Source of the DNA: a virus
Taxonomy: Duplodnaviria; Caudoviricetes
DNA: 64,000 nucleotides
Direction: 5' to 3' (one strand)
Virus record (IMG/VR): IMGVR_UViG_3300043410_001300
Location: 2-64,001 of that record
This document shows, one piece after another, positions 33,801 to 39,264 of this stretch. Position 1 is the first letter of the stretch; the number at the start of each line of letters is the position of its first letter. Under the pieces are notes generated by a model. It was not told the origin of the DNA. It did no database searches and saw only the letters and a list, made by a program, of their open reading frames with translations. Made by a program: the position numbers and the translations under genes.

Positions 33801-34503
33801 TTCTGTTATTACATTGAGTAAGCCATTAGTAAGCGGCACAGTTCTATCCTCGGGTGACATCTACACATTCTACAATCTACCTACAACCACTCAGTTCCAG
33901 TTTATTACCACTGGAAATGATAATATCAAGAAGGTAAAAGTAGGCAGTAAGGTACTATTCAAGCATGGTACAGATACGGTTACCACCGCCACTGGAAGTA
34001 CCGGTAAGTACATAACAGTAGCATCTTCCGCTAATATTACTGCCGGACAGTACGTAAGTGGAGCAAATATTGATACATTGAGAGTGATGTCTGTAAATGG
34101 TAGTACCATTGAATTAAATGCTAACTCCGCCGGAACGATATCTGGTAGTTACTCATTCTTCAATGCGGTGTCGATTGTTGAATTAAATAGTAATAATGAA
34201 CCGCAGGAAGTGGTTGAGTTCACTGTAACTAATAGCCACAAGAGCACAGATGCTACTTGGACAATCGAAATCGATAAGGAACCAGCAGTGCGAGTAGGTG
34301 ATGTCGCAGTCATGAAATATCACGACTTTGATATCATAACCAGTCAACAAGTTGGCAATACATGGGTGATTACTACCACTGAAAATCCAAATATTGCTAC
34401 TGGCACTAACGCTTTGGCGTACATGACTTATGCTAAGACGCTGCCAATGCAGTTCGACGAGGACAGTATGGTTGCTACTTTCTTGAATAAGCAGATTAGA
34501 TAA
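15865..34503 (+). CDS. Giant (6212 aa) baseplate wedge/adhesin protein, gp7-position, multi-domain
   Basis: Uninterrupted ORF after gp6. Starts LDFLPEIF and contains VKPYHV (gp7-like), FG-GAP-like repeats, CBM5/12-like W-x4-Y-x2-G-x2-V-x-Y motifs and repeated small beta modules. Confidence 0.7.
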   Translation: MVNQVRTLDFLPEIFKTETNDQFLSSTLDVLTKQPNMTRVQGYIGNKYGYAINAGDNYITEPTATRSNYQLDPAVVFLKEDTQSATDFIDYPSIIAALSNAGAVTDNHNKLFSNKFYSWDSFADIDKLVNYAQYYWLPLGPDAIQISQEITIDDILDKTSYTAPNGLEFVNGLKVNFGGIVHPENYKGVDYYVEGVGTSITLVPANELLCTEVTGGGIYTPWDNDPFDTVDWSISLYVPIQPDYIVMSRSSRERNAWSRGNRWFHQGVLDAHIKYNGVVTNNQYNTQTRAQRPIVEFQGNMSLYNSGTSFAAIVDFIDTRTKDALSLVAGQEHFIVSTDVNRTSNRVSTDGIVVNDTTNLVEGMKVTFSAITGTLPSPLSSATTYEIRSIDNVLSAITISSPSTTVNGSVITPNVIVVTPGAYDMKVSGISEIGLLNDTTVVFANDDDVNVRKTVYKVTSVEAGAGQKKIIALTPLPNVTVETEGQLYIAAGPGDYLGQAWRFSTEVDGIIRPAGEQGWIQSQKKIAINQSPMFDMFDSNDVSFSDKSFYMNSTFKGTKLFGYTIGTGTNDSILGFATTYSSPANTGDFLFTVHMNSDQFTYTNASTGATITKMISDGYAHHRLTTTSTVKRTGWVEAVAPSVQYQVFIFDVTDLNKDGLLCDVAMSSEAQTVWSPVKIYKNGEFVDSSYYTTTVDTVAGTTLIKFKTTLTVGDNVSVQLISEQVSKTAYYQIPSNLQSNPFNTQISSIAAGDLKNYYASIFGNAPRAAGLVFGQNNLGNLGDLAKYGNTIIQNSASLLLPGVFLRKSDYDLQTALQFNADEYMDYKHTVIQLASSGDYSVYQTPASILDDIIYQISSSKSESDSFYWSDMIPSGSPFKVNTYNFGATVSFATFSTSRVYDFASANYHSLVVYQTETVDNKTITTQLVRDIDYFVSTTEPSVTIKRTLTTGSTITVKEYNQTWGSYIPNTPTKLGLFAATVPTVVLDTTYTQPTYFIVGHDGSYTRLYGTYENNQLQDFRDIVLLEFETRIYNNLKITDASPVSYTDLMPGQWRKTGYTWEDILPAYTKNFLGWVGKNKLGDYRKQVFSSNNKFTFNYNKTTNKLSSTQKNPVLLKQGNWRGIYRWFYDTCNPAAAPWEMLGITSKPQWWDSRYGAAPYTSGNALMWQDIADGRVWNNGSPYIDNARIRPELLSVLPVDINGDLVDPLERIVDNYDSLTFERGWVAGDSGPTETAYLRSSTWPFDLMKLLSAFKPASFYNLLVDRDLYKYSTELGQHLFNGRYHLDPTQLTIYGSGTAKHSYINWVVDYINQTGTDGQASVATTLKNIDVRLTYRLAGFSDKQYLRFLTENTAPSATSNSLLIPDDSYSVLLYDNVPSDQVTYSSVIIQKTERGYTVWGNSLTKPYFSTVAPKTGPYQKLTFGTTTVQLSTVYEAGSNVSIAYGTEFYTVQGTSEFLRNYGRWLTERGIMFENMIDDSQVNWDSMIGEFISWAQQSWEVGSIISLNPNAKEFKVYKAGLIVQPLTLHKENFILNQNLITLKSQNMAVLRKNEEFTVRVLSDGDTVAYTNLNLSTVEHAIVFDNKTVFGDTIYNTDSGLRQTRLIMQGKKTADWSGYVNADGFILNQADIKEWNNSTKYPKGQIVLYKNKYWFAKELIQPTDTFDYTLWTESSYDNIKQGLLPNPSTIAYESSQLYDIQQANLEQDEDLLAFGLIGFRPREYMSLAALTDVTQVNIYKNMISSKGTNKSALAFKGATPLQGDLDYDVRENWAIKNSTFGSVLNSNFVEVQLYQNLLTGNPAIIGFGDAMSSTTDFSTVAFNSGVQQKVSIGDALLKGKKKVKGDKDYIYQNDLINYGRNPANANFLPTYSLTYVEERGLPSAGYVNIDDVDYYAYNLTDLNTTATNISELYRGDVVWVANYNSKWDVFTPVSIGTTLSTVRNNLDNTVTLIFAQPHGLLEDDPFVIVDFDDRVNGYYTVKSVSNLTSLVIDLSLAKTVVKLTGTGITFKLYSVRVSQASDLSAYSEAVPFSEFSTRLSWIDEDTNGNWSVLGAAPVYEKQKGTFDVDENGTDVNPGIAGYGKSVAYTSAIGELVVANAGLYRNGALLEPISGLTAVVASGTTAICSTPSTLYVLDFSTTIHTKIPIDGINTNTGVMTLSKDTNWLYVATGTVLTTYFKVGTTYTKVASTTVDSEITSLATAKDGSKVIVGAGNQSLDVNGETYSEAGVVYVYDRASRSYLQNVTDLTKKEFPVPASRDLVKAQVYVNASLKEEGAGDTMYKIAGKKIIFNTAPPVGTTVYINYGELTLQQTITSEKKHIGANFGRSVATNRYGAEVIIGAPYELATVNEVKNVEGAVYRFTNSGQRYGTVTATVTDAAVGILYIDGFEVPYNTEDTTNDAAIVALRYTVSKRNRVAYQINLIEPTNVIATYGDTPVISLYNKTGTAAVPNDQIDIVGGDCIVGSTTQSGAKSLENIGIMPYTRTQVLNDKNLDTNSQFGWTVAVNQDDSDRDSIIVSARSVDTFSETTFDFTNDLNAMNDCIFDNGATTFIDKFPFTGGVYQYDYLPSTTESIDAPGKYTFGQYCIIPTTDAERNKQAAAPHYGAALSFTDGVITIGSPDWYKNGTGRVTTFKINSKSTKTSSWYIDKQPLTQVDVARLSTISIYDTETNKTLDRLDYIDPAQGKMLSAVETNIDVISLVDPAVYTSGQIWGANKVGTTWLDTSNIRLMNYNQPDVVYNSRYFGRAFPGSTADIYTWISSSVLPVDYSGSGYTTNFNDYTSATIIDKSSNTLATEYYFWVKGYEEVPQGKTLSPTVLSQYILNPANSGVPFLAAITTNVVALYNAQDSIQSHASALHLGYSVGNNSDRGHQDWSLIQDGNDESFLSGMPLTIDGAPSGMYLKYVTSFMGMELNGLAVPDMELPKLVRYGTSFRPRQSMFVDRELALKNYVQYANSIMSKYTITETRGLYLLNQSSYITGSVVAESSTNIYITTEAGKTVTGLYIGQPVVFKGNAYGGLEANKTYYIVSTDTDKYGQYIRVSVTLGGAVISLTEYTGSMSVKLFDTTDYWSYADWWATGYSASTKVTLEVQTYTDLLTIGQGELVAGDFGNVTLSDGLVARVVKNGQGVNEYYVYSSTTSSWTRIGLQKGTISIDTAVYTTVAPIPSMEIYYIIRWIAEQLYVNELLIENNQSLIMMFNLIQSEGQQQQNYLPWLNKTSLIDVKHTIRQLLPYKQYKRDTRELVEGYLKEVKPYHVYIKDFSFTYDGTEYYNGSFTDFDLPAQYDTTTGKFLSPQLAYTSTASADQYSPTNTIWTDAAYSSWFKNYGLTISNSQVSAILVTGLTDDLSNTGTSIVVNESSVLPVNGIIKIGNETIKYTILDRSTNTISGLTRGLNFQQPTDYAAGTSVYLLPEAVMVMDSGRGYTSLPAITAHYDTTEYPYAPREQATFVAGLTETKLSSVTLTNSGSGYPVLPEIRVASSSITGTITSSQVDIVLHQIYLAGHQFVTGDCVIVSNIEDDSKTVGLKNNRYYYVNSVDEDHIALYNSYRDALVGYTTVEKSLAYESISVTKTITISQSFEVDALPFRTGDRIKLILASAPSTPLYYYVENLGVTPASVVSGKPLIALYSTYSKAMTGLTSDRVSVSGVGSISNLPDVDADRVAFTSTDKVDGVVAVTARVKLFTDNLPTREMRIGMKFDRVSYLSYAKDWNQETSLFGDSGWDTAAWGKGIYYSKNQLAVYNGTLYRANRNLNTTALADTFNLAYWDEVDSSDLSLTAADRIAGFYKPNANMPGFTMDDMSQLMTGVTSPWPTVKDPAFADTKTYAFVSGQVDLSNHTVQLRDTKPEVVTYVELIDSTSNNIINLTALPAVTDTSNVGMTLKSVDNVRIGDRIKFDGSLIGNILNSDGTDSKATVKDKSYVIKSINAARDIISISNTMINGTIGNAVTFTDASGYMTVLPVEYSTSNLYANGNITLNTTSFVENNSTVRFSNTSVTINATRTYSSTNSATPNQILVDTTKNIATGMTITFSGTSFGNISNSTTYFVKQVIDTNHITVSETLLGEAHTLTANTGALTAKVIGTFGKYNVQVASNTYSSNNFISVGSTDGLYAGMPVSFTGTMNGGLSNISTVGNNYYSVNSVSTSTLFDIKYTSNNAVVTLANGNKKMLATFIADGIINDSDYYVTSVNANNNVTLSSTVGGGTVKLLSATGVMSADISSFYLTSITDTKELIVNSSDAVNSLAIGDSIYFTGTSVGNVAVGNSTTNLYTVKSLNPATNKITVAEIDNLSQANGGHMTMWRVATPVKTAFATSDMVKVVYTYPTNRTTDYYFVHSVANTQITLHDDATAAVDGSNPVYVPDGAIGTVIKPQTIVALTDPIGYDSELNPRGFKPGTALEMTFEQSSNPTNFGLVNYKTYWVGIIDSVHAAVYESKDDAENDTNRIPLLNQVGGQFLYGITYDSIIKSPRDNSDTQVDIVGASFTSGYSPEEMVAGIVTDGINFTVTTRPGSTWEATGAVTVVNSSNLTANKKYKIVSLGTTDWNTVTGIPGVSYKAGDEIIARTSDSGTGTVTAVEYGHTGFNMVRISAVNPKTVYYPDGTKIYTDSTKSTLVNGIQFKDTVVNPVTIIVYGNDNYGQTRLTPTTKYLTGDYTVDWINQVVTFTAAGLAKGYVSYDIVVYEFGNGSHLVRSSSKYYPLKKVQDNKDSATKTYHSEIHLDVPYSQVELPTSDNFGLSTMVFAGSTTSDTTPLTYLTDITNPEYGSTDPLNFDYEDHYTIEPQRPYDPVNDPYNPAKIVFSKLYSNETDYVSFVLTTNVIGMFVVSTTDMNSTYIIDGVECVKYVAPLNVTTFNSLKLLVSLNDSQLTPKSIEYTNNFVTIMIDASKISVNNNIKVSYDSNGAGAPMTQWINAAQATAITFIEPVNTVLKSVSVTGTGGELSFQSTTVNYGTAWDNTKEYKEGAIVRYSGARYSAVSSSIGDPNWHTTVGTWVPSEWTLADIKVVISGTLNTVASFPVWDDSSAYAIGTVVNYGGALYSANVDITAPADPLIPNTWNAADWTLVQMATITGYTGTSTTYDLTASNNSTTITLSGVTTTSGRTDGLTFTVVASTAVTRIPYTLTGFLGDDNYSSIVVNKIRADGFFEGHSTIEMKVNDVVTITGLYTPDPQNPPIAGYHSPKKYYIAETDGYSIFKLTSYFGGVPDVAVTAGPTTGLTFSLQNNLVVEIDGLRVDGPSATQTYRKIIQVGKDELKLSYPTPVYGINEFDINYFTVLVNGSTIPQVNPSNTAQVNWSLNYDFAKGQFYQFDADFINAVFNPVIPATDAQIASGAWGFFDDGTPFDNQSSFNVVFNPTYLSLKTGDIVTLSYQVPGQIPPDTFTITVNDNKLGGTINIITSAIPSVNSKVAITSFGRTTNQSLRTQRVTDATINVIPRISTLVNTTTGSPFKGLVIDGTNPPLLTLDAAHSLTTKSPLQQVIIHGTAIRSMDGRRFYTSDTNYKTGATVQDKSRQVYLYNIDNPTSSTGWDTTAIAGPFSLTGSSYLQLLNIANTAESTIAINPLVINQPAGFKMTNVDRLYVSIIYGPNSGSMIGHREYVPTSKLSYVQYEDVSTLLIRQAVAPGDEVLITSMVPTASPNEGKFRINNTWNIVSGEPNSTTLHRENQVSRTYVTNVYSDTDGTITSFRVNNPHALVKKAVFSGTDSVLGSRTLDIDSVTGLYYCTVDNVNNKQVANIVVTAPGTTTPITSEFSFVGVSNATTVKILFNTRPVDASGIYLTKVDVTISAGNTVMINGEQLRYTNINLDYSSPSYGIITGLFRGLNTTGDKEIKVYDIVQSILDENISDTGNLNKTWYSNIIETTLPSANSVAGVHTFPYVATISSDGTSTLPEIGMVKSGDTIAFKTQTVKVTTGGNITVTDYISSNVTANVIYTNASSEEYVYATYYGNYSSTYQTMELVSTAGITIGMYITGNGVAADTTVTQIFGSVITLSKPLVSGTVLSSGDIYTFYNLPTTTQFQFITTGNDNIKKVKVGSKVLFKHGTDTVTTATGSTGKYITVASSANITAGQYVSGANIDTLRVMSVNGSTIELNANSAGTISGSYSFFNAVSIVELNSNNEPQEVVEFTVTNSHKSTDATWTIEIDKEPAVRVGDVAVMKYHDFDIITSQQVGNTWVITTTENPNIATGTNALAYMTYAKTLPMQFDEDSMVATFLNKQIR

Positions 34504-34517
34504 GGCATAAATACAGT

Positions 34518-34670
34518 ATGGAAAAACAGAATAAATCAGAAATCGTGTCTTCTCAGGGCGAAATCCCTGAGAAGCAGCCGAATGAAAACGCCGGTTTCTA
34601 TTTTTCTAGTTTCTTAAAGATTACAGACCCCGAGACAGGGCAAGTCCTAGTTCAGGCAAGGGCAGATTAA
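34518..34670 (+). CDS. Small virion-associated protein (50 aa)
   Basis: Not in the ORF track. MEKQNKSEIVSSQGEIPEKQPNENAGFYFSSFLKITDPETGQVLVQARAD; TAAATA 4 nt before the ATG; fills the gap between two structural genes. Confidence 0.7.
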   Translation: MEKQNKSEIVSSQGEIPEKQPNENAGFYFSSFLKITDPETGQVLVQARAD

Positions 34671-34683
34671 TAAAGGATTACAC

Positions 34684-35301
34684 GTGGAACAACAAATAGG
34701 CATCTCAGTTAAAGGACACATTAAGATTTTCGATCCAAATGATGGTGAAGTTTTTGTGGACAAAGACAATGCTATTAACTACGAGAACATTTCTCTAGCT
34801 ATTGGCAACTCCTTAAGTGACCGCGGCGTAGGTGCCATCTATCAAATGGCATTTGGTAACGGTGGAGCTAGCGTAGATAGCACCGGTCTAATCACCTATT
34901 TGCCACCAAACGTAACAGGCGTGAACGCATCCTTGTACAATCAGACATATGCAAAGATTGTTGATGATAACCTAATCAGTAATCAAGACCCAACCCGTAA
35001 CAAGATGTCAGTTAGTCACACCAGTGGTAAAACTTACAGTGATATCTTAATCAGTTGCTTACTAGATTACGGCGAGCCTAGCGGACAATATGCTTTCGAT
35101 AATGCCACTGATAGTGACAGTGAATTCGTATTCGATGAACTGGGACTATTATGTAACTATGGCAGTGATGGCACTAGTAACCTAATCACTCGTCTAATCA
35201 GTCATGTTATCTTTCACCCTGTTCAAAAATCATTAAACAGACAAATTCAGATCGACTACACCATTCGTGTACAGGCGATCACTAACTTAGTAACGGTGTA
35301 A
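34684..35301 (+). CDS. Baseplate/fibre-attachment structural protein
   Basis: GTG start after AAAGGA; GHIKIFD...MAFGNGG...FDELGL...HVIFHPVQKSLNR pattern of phage baseplate/tail-collar proteins. Confidence 0.6.
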   Translation: MEQQIGISVKGHIKIFDPNDGEVFVDKDNAINYENISLAIGNSLSDRGVGAIYQMAFGNGGASVDSTGLITYLPPNVTGVNASLYNQTYAKIVDDNLISNQDPTRNKMSVSHTSGKTYSDILISCLLDYGEPSGQYAFDNATDSDSEFVFDELGLLCNYGSDGTSNLITRLISHVIFHPVQKSLNRQIQIDYTIRVQAITNLVTV

Positions 35302-35310
35302 GGAGCATAA

Positions 35311-37272
35311 ATGGCGGATTCATACAAAATTAATTACTACGGTAGCAATGGCAATGCTAATATGCAACTTACCGTCGGCCAAGCACTAGTACCTGGAACT
35401 TCTACAACTACACCAACTGCCCAGACAACAGAAGCACAATTATCAAAGTCTATCATATTGGGCGGTCGTAACTACACTGATACTACTAGCGCAGTTAATG
35501 GATATGGTAAAGCTCTTAATCAAAACTTTATGAGACTGACCGAGAGCTTTGCTGACACCTACACTTCTCATAGTAATACTACTAACTATCCAGCATATGT
35601 AGCAGGTCAATTAGTATTTGAGACCACGCCTCCCAATGTAAGTATTCCAGCAAATACCCTGTACATGTTTACTAGTTCTGGTAATTATGCCACTGCTAAC
35701 AAAGTTCAAATTCTAAGTAACGTTAATCCGCCTCACAAGATTGCCTGGGGTAGTAATAGTCCTAACGTTGAGAGTAATGTGGCTATTGTAAGTCAAGATG
35801 GCAACGTAGTTATTGCGGTAAACGGTACACCTAACGTAGTCACTATTCAAAGTAGCGGCAATTCTAATAGCGGTAATATCACGTTCAATATCGGTACACA
35901 ATTTCAGTACACTTACACTAATGGTGGCATCGGCAACTTAACTGTTGACAGGTACTATGCTCCACAATCAGGCAACGGTACATCTCAGTTCTATGGTAAT
36001 GCTCATGGTTTAGAACACATCTGGGGTCCTAACGTAGATGACTTCGTACCGCTAGCAAATCTTGCGCTAGAAGTATCTAACGCTGCTCAACCTAACATTA
36101 CCAGCGTAGGCACCTTAACAGGCCTAACTGTATCTGGTAATACAACTTCTGGTAATCTTTCAGTCACGAAACAATTCACGGGCAATACTGCTAATCTAGA
36201 CAAACTCACCATGTCTAACGTAATCACTAGTACGTTGACTGGTAGTGCCCCATTCATTGTTGCTTCTAACTCTATTGTTAGTAACTTAAATTCTGAACTA
36301 TTAAACGGTTATGCTCCTTCTAAGTTAGTAGTAGCAGACACAGTGGTAGTTAGAGATACTAACGGCGGATTGACTGCTAATGGTATTACTGCTAACACTG
36401 TTGCTGGCACATTGACTACGGCGGCGCAACCTAACATTACATCGGTGGGCACACTAGATGGCTTAACAGTTGGCGGCGCCGGCATCGACGGTACAATCAT
36501 TGCAGGCAATCAACCGTACATCACCGATCTAGGCAATGTAACATTCAGCGGCAACATTACTATCGATGGTGTTATTAAAGGCACTGTTGAGGGTAACGCT
36601 ACTAGTACAGTGACTGGGGGCAATGCCACATTCAGTTCACAAGTAGAGGCGCCAACAGGTAACTTCACTACAACGGTACAATCACCATCTGCTAACATCA
36701 CTAACGTGTTCGTTACCACAGGCAACATTACTACCGTAAACTCAACTACAGGCAACATTACTACCGTAAACTCAACTACAGTAAATGCCACTACAGTACA
36801 AGCAACTACTATGACTACTGGCGGCTCAGGTACAGCCGGTACAATAACCGGTACATGGACACTGTCCTCTGGTAGTAAATTACAGTCAACTTACGCTGAC
36901 TTGGCAGAATACTACACTAGTGAACTAGATGTTCTACCTGGAACAGTGGTAGAATTCGGCGGCACCGAAGAAGTCCAGATGTGTGATACACGTAATAGTA
37001 CTCGTGTTGCTGGCATAGTATCTACTGATCCTGCTTATGTTATGAACGAGAAGACAGGTCAAACTAAGCCACGTATCTTGGTAGCACTAATAGGTCGAGT
37101 ACCATGTAAGGTTTATGGTACTTGCTCTAAAGGAGATATGATGGTGGCAGCAGGTGGCGGATACGCTATGGCTAACAATAATCCAGCGATCGGGTCAGTG
37201 ATCGGTAAAGCACTAGAAGATAAAACAACAACCGGTATCGGCACCATTGAGGTGGTAGTTGGACGACTTTAA
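35311..37272 (+). CDS. Tail fibre/spike with C-terminal intramolecular chaperone (peptidase G2-like)
   Basis: N-terminal GRNY..YG...NQNF.RL.E.FA anchor, N/T/S-rich beta repeats (AAQPNITSVGTL x2), C-terminal YADLAEYY...GRVPCKV...GKALE. Confidence 0.75.
   Translation: MADSYKINYYGSNGNANMQLTVGQALVPGTSTTTPTAQTTEAQLSKSIILGGRNYTDTTSAVNGYGKALNQNFMRLTESFADTYTSHSNTTNYPAYVAGQLVFETTPPNVSIPANTLYMFTSSGNYATANKVQILSNVNPPHKIAWGSNSPNVESNVAIVSQDGNVVIAVNGTPNVVTIQSSGNSNSGNITFNIGTQFQYTYTNGGIGNLTVDRYYAPQSGNGTSQFYGNAHGLEHIWGPNVDDFVPLANLALEVSNAAQPNITSVGTLTGLTVSGNTTSGNLSVTKQFTGNTANLDKLTMSNVITSTLTGSAPFIVASNSIVSNLNSELLNGYAPSKLVVADTVVVRDTNGGLTANGITANTVAGTLTTAAQPNITSVGTLDGLTVGGAGIDGTIIAGNQPYITDLGNVTFSGNITIDGVIKGTVEGNATSTVTGGNATFSSQVEAPTGNFTTTVQSPSANITNVFVTTGNITTVNSTTGNITTVNSTTVNATTVQATTMTTGGSGTAGTITGTWTLSSGSKLQSTYADLAEYYTSELDVLPGTVVEFGGTEEVQMCDTRNSTRVAGIVSTDPAYVMNEKTGQTKPRILVALIGRVPCKVYGTCSKGDMMVAAGGGYAMANNNPAIGSVIGKALEDKTTTGIGTIEVVVGRL
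36718..36781 (+). repeat. Exact 30-bp tandem duplication encoding GNITTVNSTT x2
   Basis: ggcaacattactaccgtaaactcaactaca at 36721-36750 and 36751-36780. Confidence 0.95.
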
Positions 37273-37305
37273 GCACGATAAATAAACAAATAAGGATAAA
37301 AAGAG

Positions 37306-39255
37306 ATGTCATACACATTAAATTACGGACCAGGTGGCAACAGCACGATATCAGTACCAGATGGTCAGTCAGGAACAGTTGCTAACTTAACATTCCCTGG
37401 TAGAAACTTTAGTGGCTATGGCAGCCCAGTTGACCAGAACTTCTTGTCGCTAGCCGAGAATTTCGCCAGTGCTAACCTACAAGGTCCTCAGTATCCGATA
37501 ACTGGTCAGTTATGGTATGATATTGCTAATACAAGCTACACTGATTATCAGGGACTAAAAGTAAACGTCAGTACTGGTAACACTGCGGACTGGCGTAATC
37601 TAGTAACTTTCGATAAGTCGCCTAACATTGCCGCTAACGGCATGGCAACTGGTAGTAATCCTAAAGATATTAGCGGAGTTGGTAAATTAACCGCGACTAC
37701 TGCTAATATCACTACGGTGAATGCTACCACTGCTACTATTACCACGATGAATGCGACTACCGCTAATGTCAGAGCTATTGACTTGAATGGCGGTAACATT
37801 AGTAATGCTAATGTTGTTACTGCTAATAGAGCTAATATCTCGGCAATGAGTGTCGGTAGCTTAACCAGTAATTCATTGACCTTATCTGATCCAACATCAA
37901 ATTGGTTTACCGCTACTAGTACAGGGGTTACGATTAACGTGCCTGTTTGGATTAAAAAACTAGACTTCGAGACTGGCGGAGCTACTACTCCTACTCCAAT
38001 TGTATCACCTAGTCCAATTATTTCTGCTGGCGCTGTTAGTGTAGGGAACGCTCACAATAAGACAGATACGAGAGCATTTGGTTTAGATTTTGCTTATTAT
38101 TCTAATTCAGGTGGCACCACCGATGGAGATCGCAAGGATGCCTTCATGGGGTGGATGGCACCTAATGCCAGTCCTTATGCTAACGAGTTCGTATTTGCTA
38201 GTTCAGTCAACACGGCTAGTATCAGTAGTAACACTTCTTTAGTGACAGATATTGTTCTAGGCAATCTTAACGCAGGTACATACAAAGGTACTGCGGTCAT
38301 TGCTACCACACTTCAAGGCGATTTAGCTAATGGGTTGAGTAAAGTATCTATTCCAGCATCTGGCGGCAACATCAACATACTTCCAGGTAACGTAGCTGTA
38401 CTAACGGCAAACTCAACATCAGTCACCATTACTGGTGGCAATGTAGGGAATGCGACTAACTTAGCCAATGCCCAAGCCTCCAATACAGCACTTATTGTTA
38501 GTGGCGGCACATACGTCAACGGTAACTTAAAAGTAGCGGGAGTAATTTATGGCAACGTAGTTTCTCCAGCTGGATCGACGGCAAGTATGGCAAATGCCAA
38601 TATCTCCGGAACAGCTACTATTACTACCGTTAGCTCGACCACAGTTAACTCAACCGACGTTAACGTTACTGGAACCACAACAACCCCTACTCTAAAAGTA
38701 AGCACTGCTGCAACAGTACAGAGCTTAACATGTAACACATCTATTGGTACCACATCATTATCTGCTACTGCAGGTATCACTGCCACCGGTAACTCAGCAA
38801 TCACTAGTACTAACTTCACTGCTGGTAGTAATACAACAGCTGGCTATTTAACAGGTGCATTTACCTTAACAGCTGGTTCTACCTTAGAAGCAACCTACTC
38901 CGCCGACTTAGCAGAGCGTCATCACGCCGACGCTACGTACCCAACAGGCACAGTCATGACTGTGGGCGGGGTAAACGAAATCACCTCAGCCAATGAAACT
39001 GATAAAGTACTAGGTGTTGTTAGTGACGGTTGGGCATACTTAATGAACGGCGGGGCTGGTCCACAAGAAACACATCCTGGCGTAGCATATGTGGGAAGAG
39101 TTCCTGTCCGTGTAGTGGGCCCAATAAATAAACACGACGAAGTAAGTCCATTCGCTAACGGAGTTGCTACTAGCAGTAAGTCAAATAGCTTCGGCTGGGC
39201 ATTAGAAACTAATAATGAGCCAGGCGAAAAATTAGTACTGTGTATCGTCAAATAA
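37306..39255 (+). CDS. Tail fibre/spike paralog with C-terminal intramolecular chaperone
   Basis: GRNFSGYG..VDQNFLSLAENFA anchor, P.TGQLWYD, C-terminal YSADLAERH...GRVPVRV...GWALE; TAAATA at 37279. Confidence 0.75.
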   Translation: MSYTLNYGPGGNSTISVPDGQSGTVANLTFPGRNFSGYGSPVDQNFLSLAENFASANLQGPQYPITGQLWYDIANTSYTDYQGLKVNVSTGNTADWRNLVTFDKSPNIAANGMATGSNPKDISGVGKLTATTANITTVNATTATITTMNATTANVRAIDLNGGNISNANVVTANRANISAMSVGSLTSNSLTLSDPTSNWFTATSTGVTINVPVWIKKLDFETGGATTPTPIVSPSPIISAGAVSVGNAHNKTDTRAFGLDFAYYSNSGGTTDGDRKDAFMGWMAPNASPYANEFVFASSVNTASISSNTSLVTDIVLGNLNAGTYKGTAVIATTLQGDLANGLSKVSIPASGGNINILPGNVAVLTANSTSVTITGGNVGNATNLANAQASNTALIVSGGTYVNGNLKVAGVIYGNVVSPAGSTASMANANISGTATITTVSSTTVNSTDVNVTGTTTTPTLKVSTAATVQSLTCNTSIGTTSLSATAGITATGNSAITSTNFTAGSNTTAGYLTGAFTLTAGSTLEATYSADLAERHHADATYPTGTVMTVGGVNEITSANETDKVLGVVSDGWAYLMNGGAGPQETHPGVAYVGRVPVRVVGPINKHDEVSPFANGVATSSKSNSFGWALETNNEPGEKLVLCIVK

Positions 39256-39264
39256 GGATCGACA

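Noticed and set aside
36718-36781. 30-bp repeat as a CRISPR array or DGR template
   Set aside because: Two adjacent copies with no spacer, in frame within a fibre gene; no cas or reverse transcriptase gene
35311-39255. Roughly 20 N-x-S/T sequons in the first fibre as evidence of N-glycosylation
   Set aside because: The proteins are so rich in Asn, Ser and Thr that a similar number is expected by chance; this needs a shuffle test
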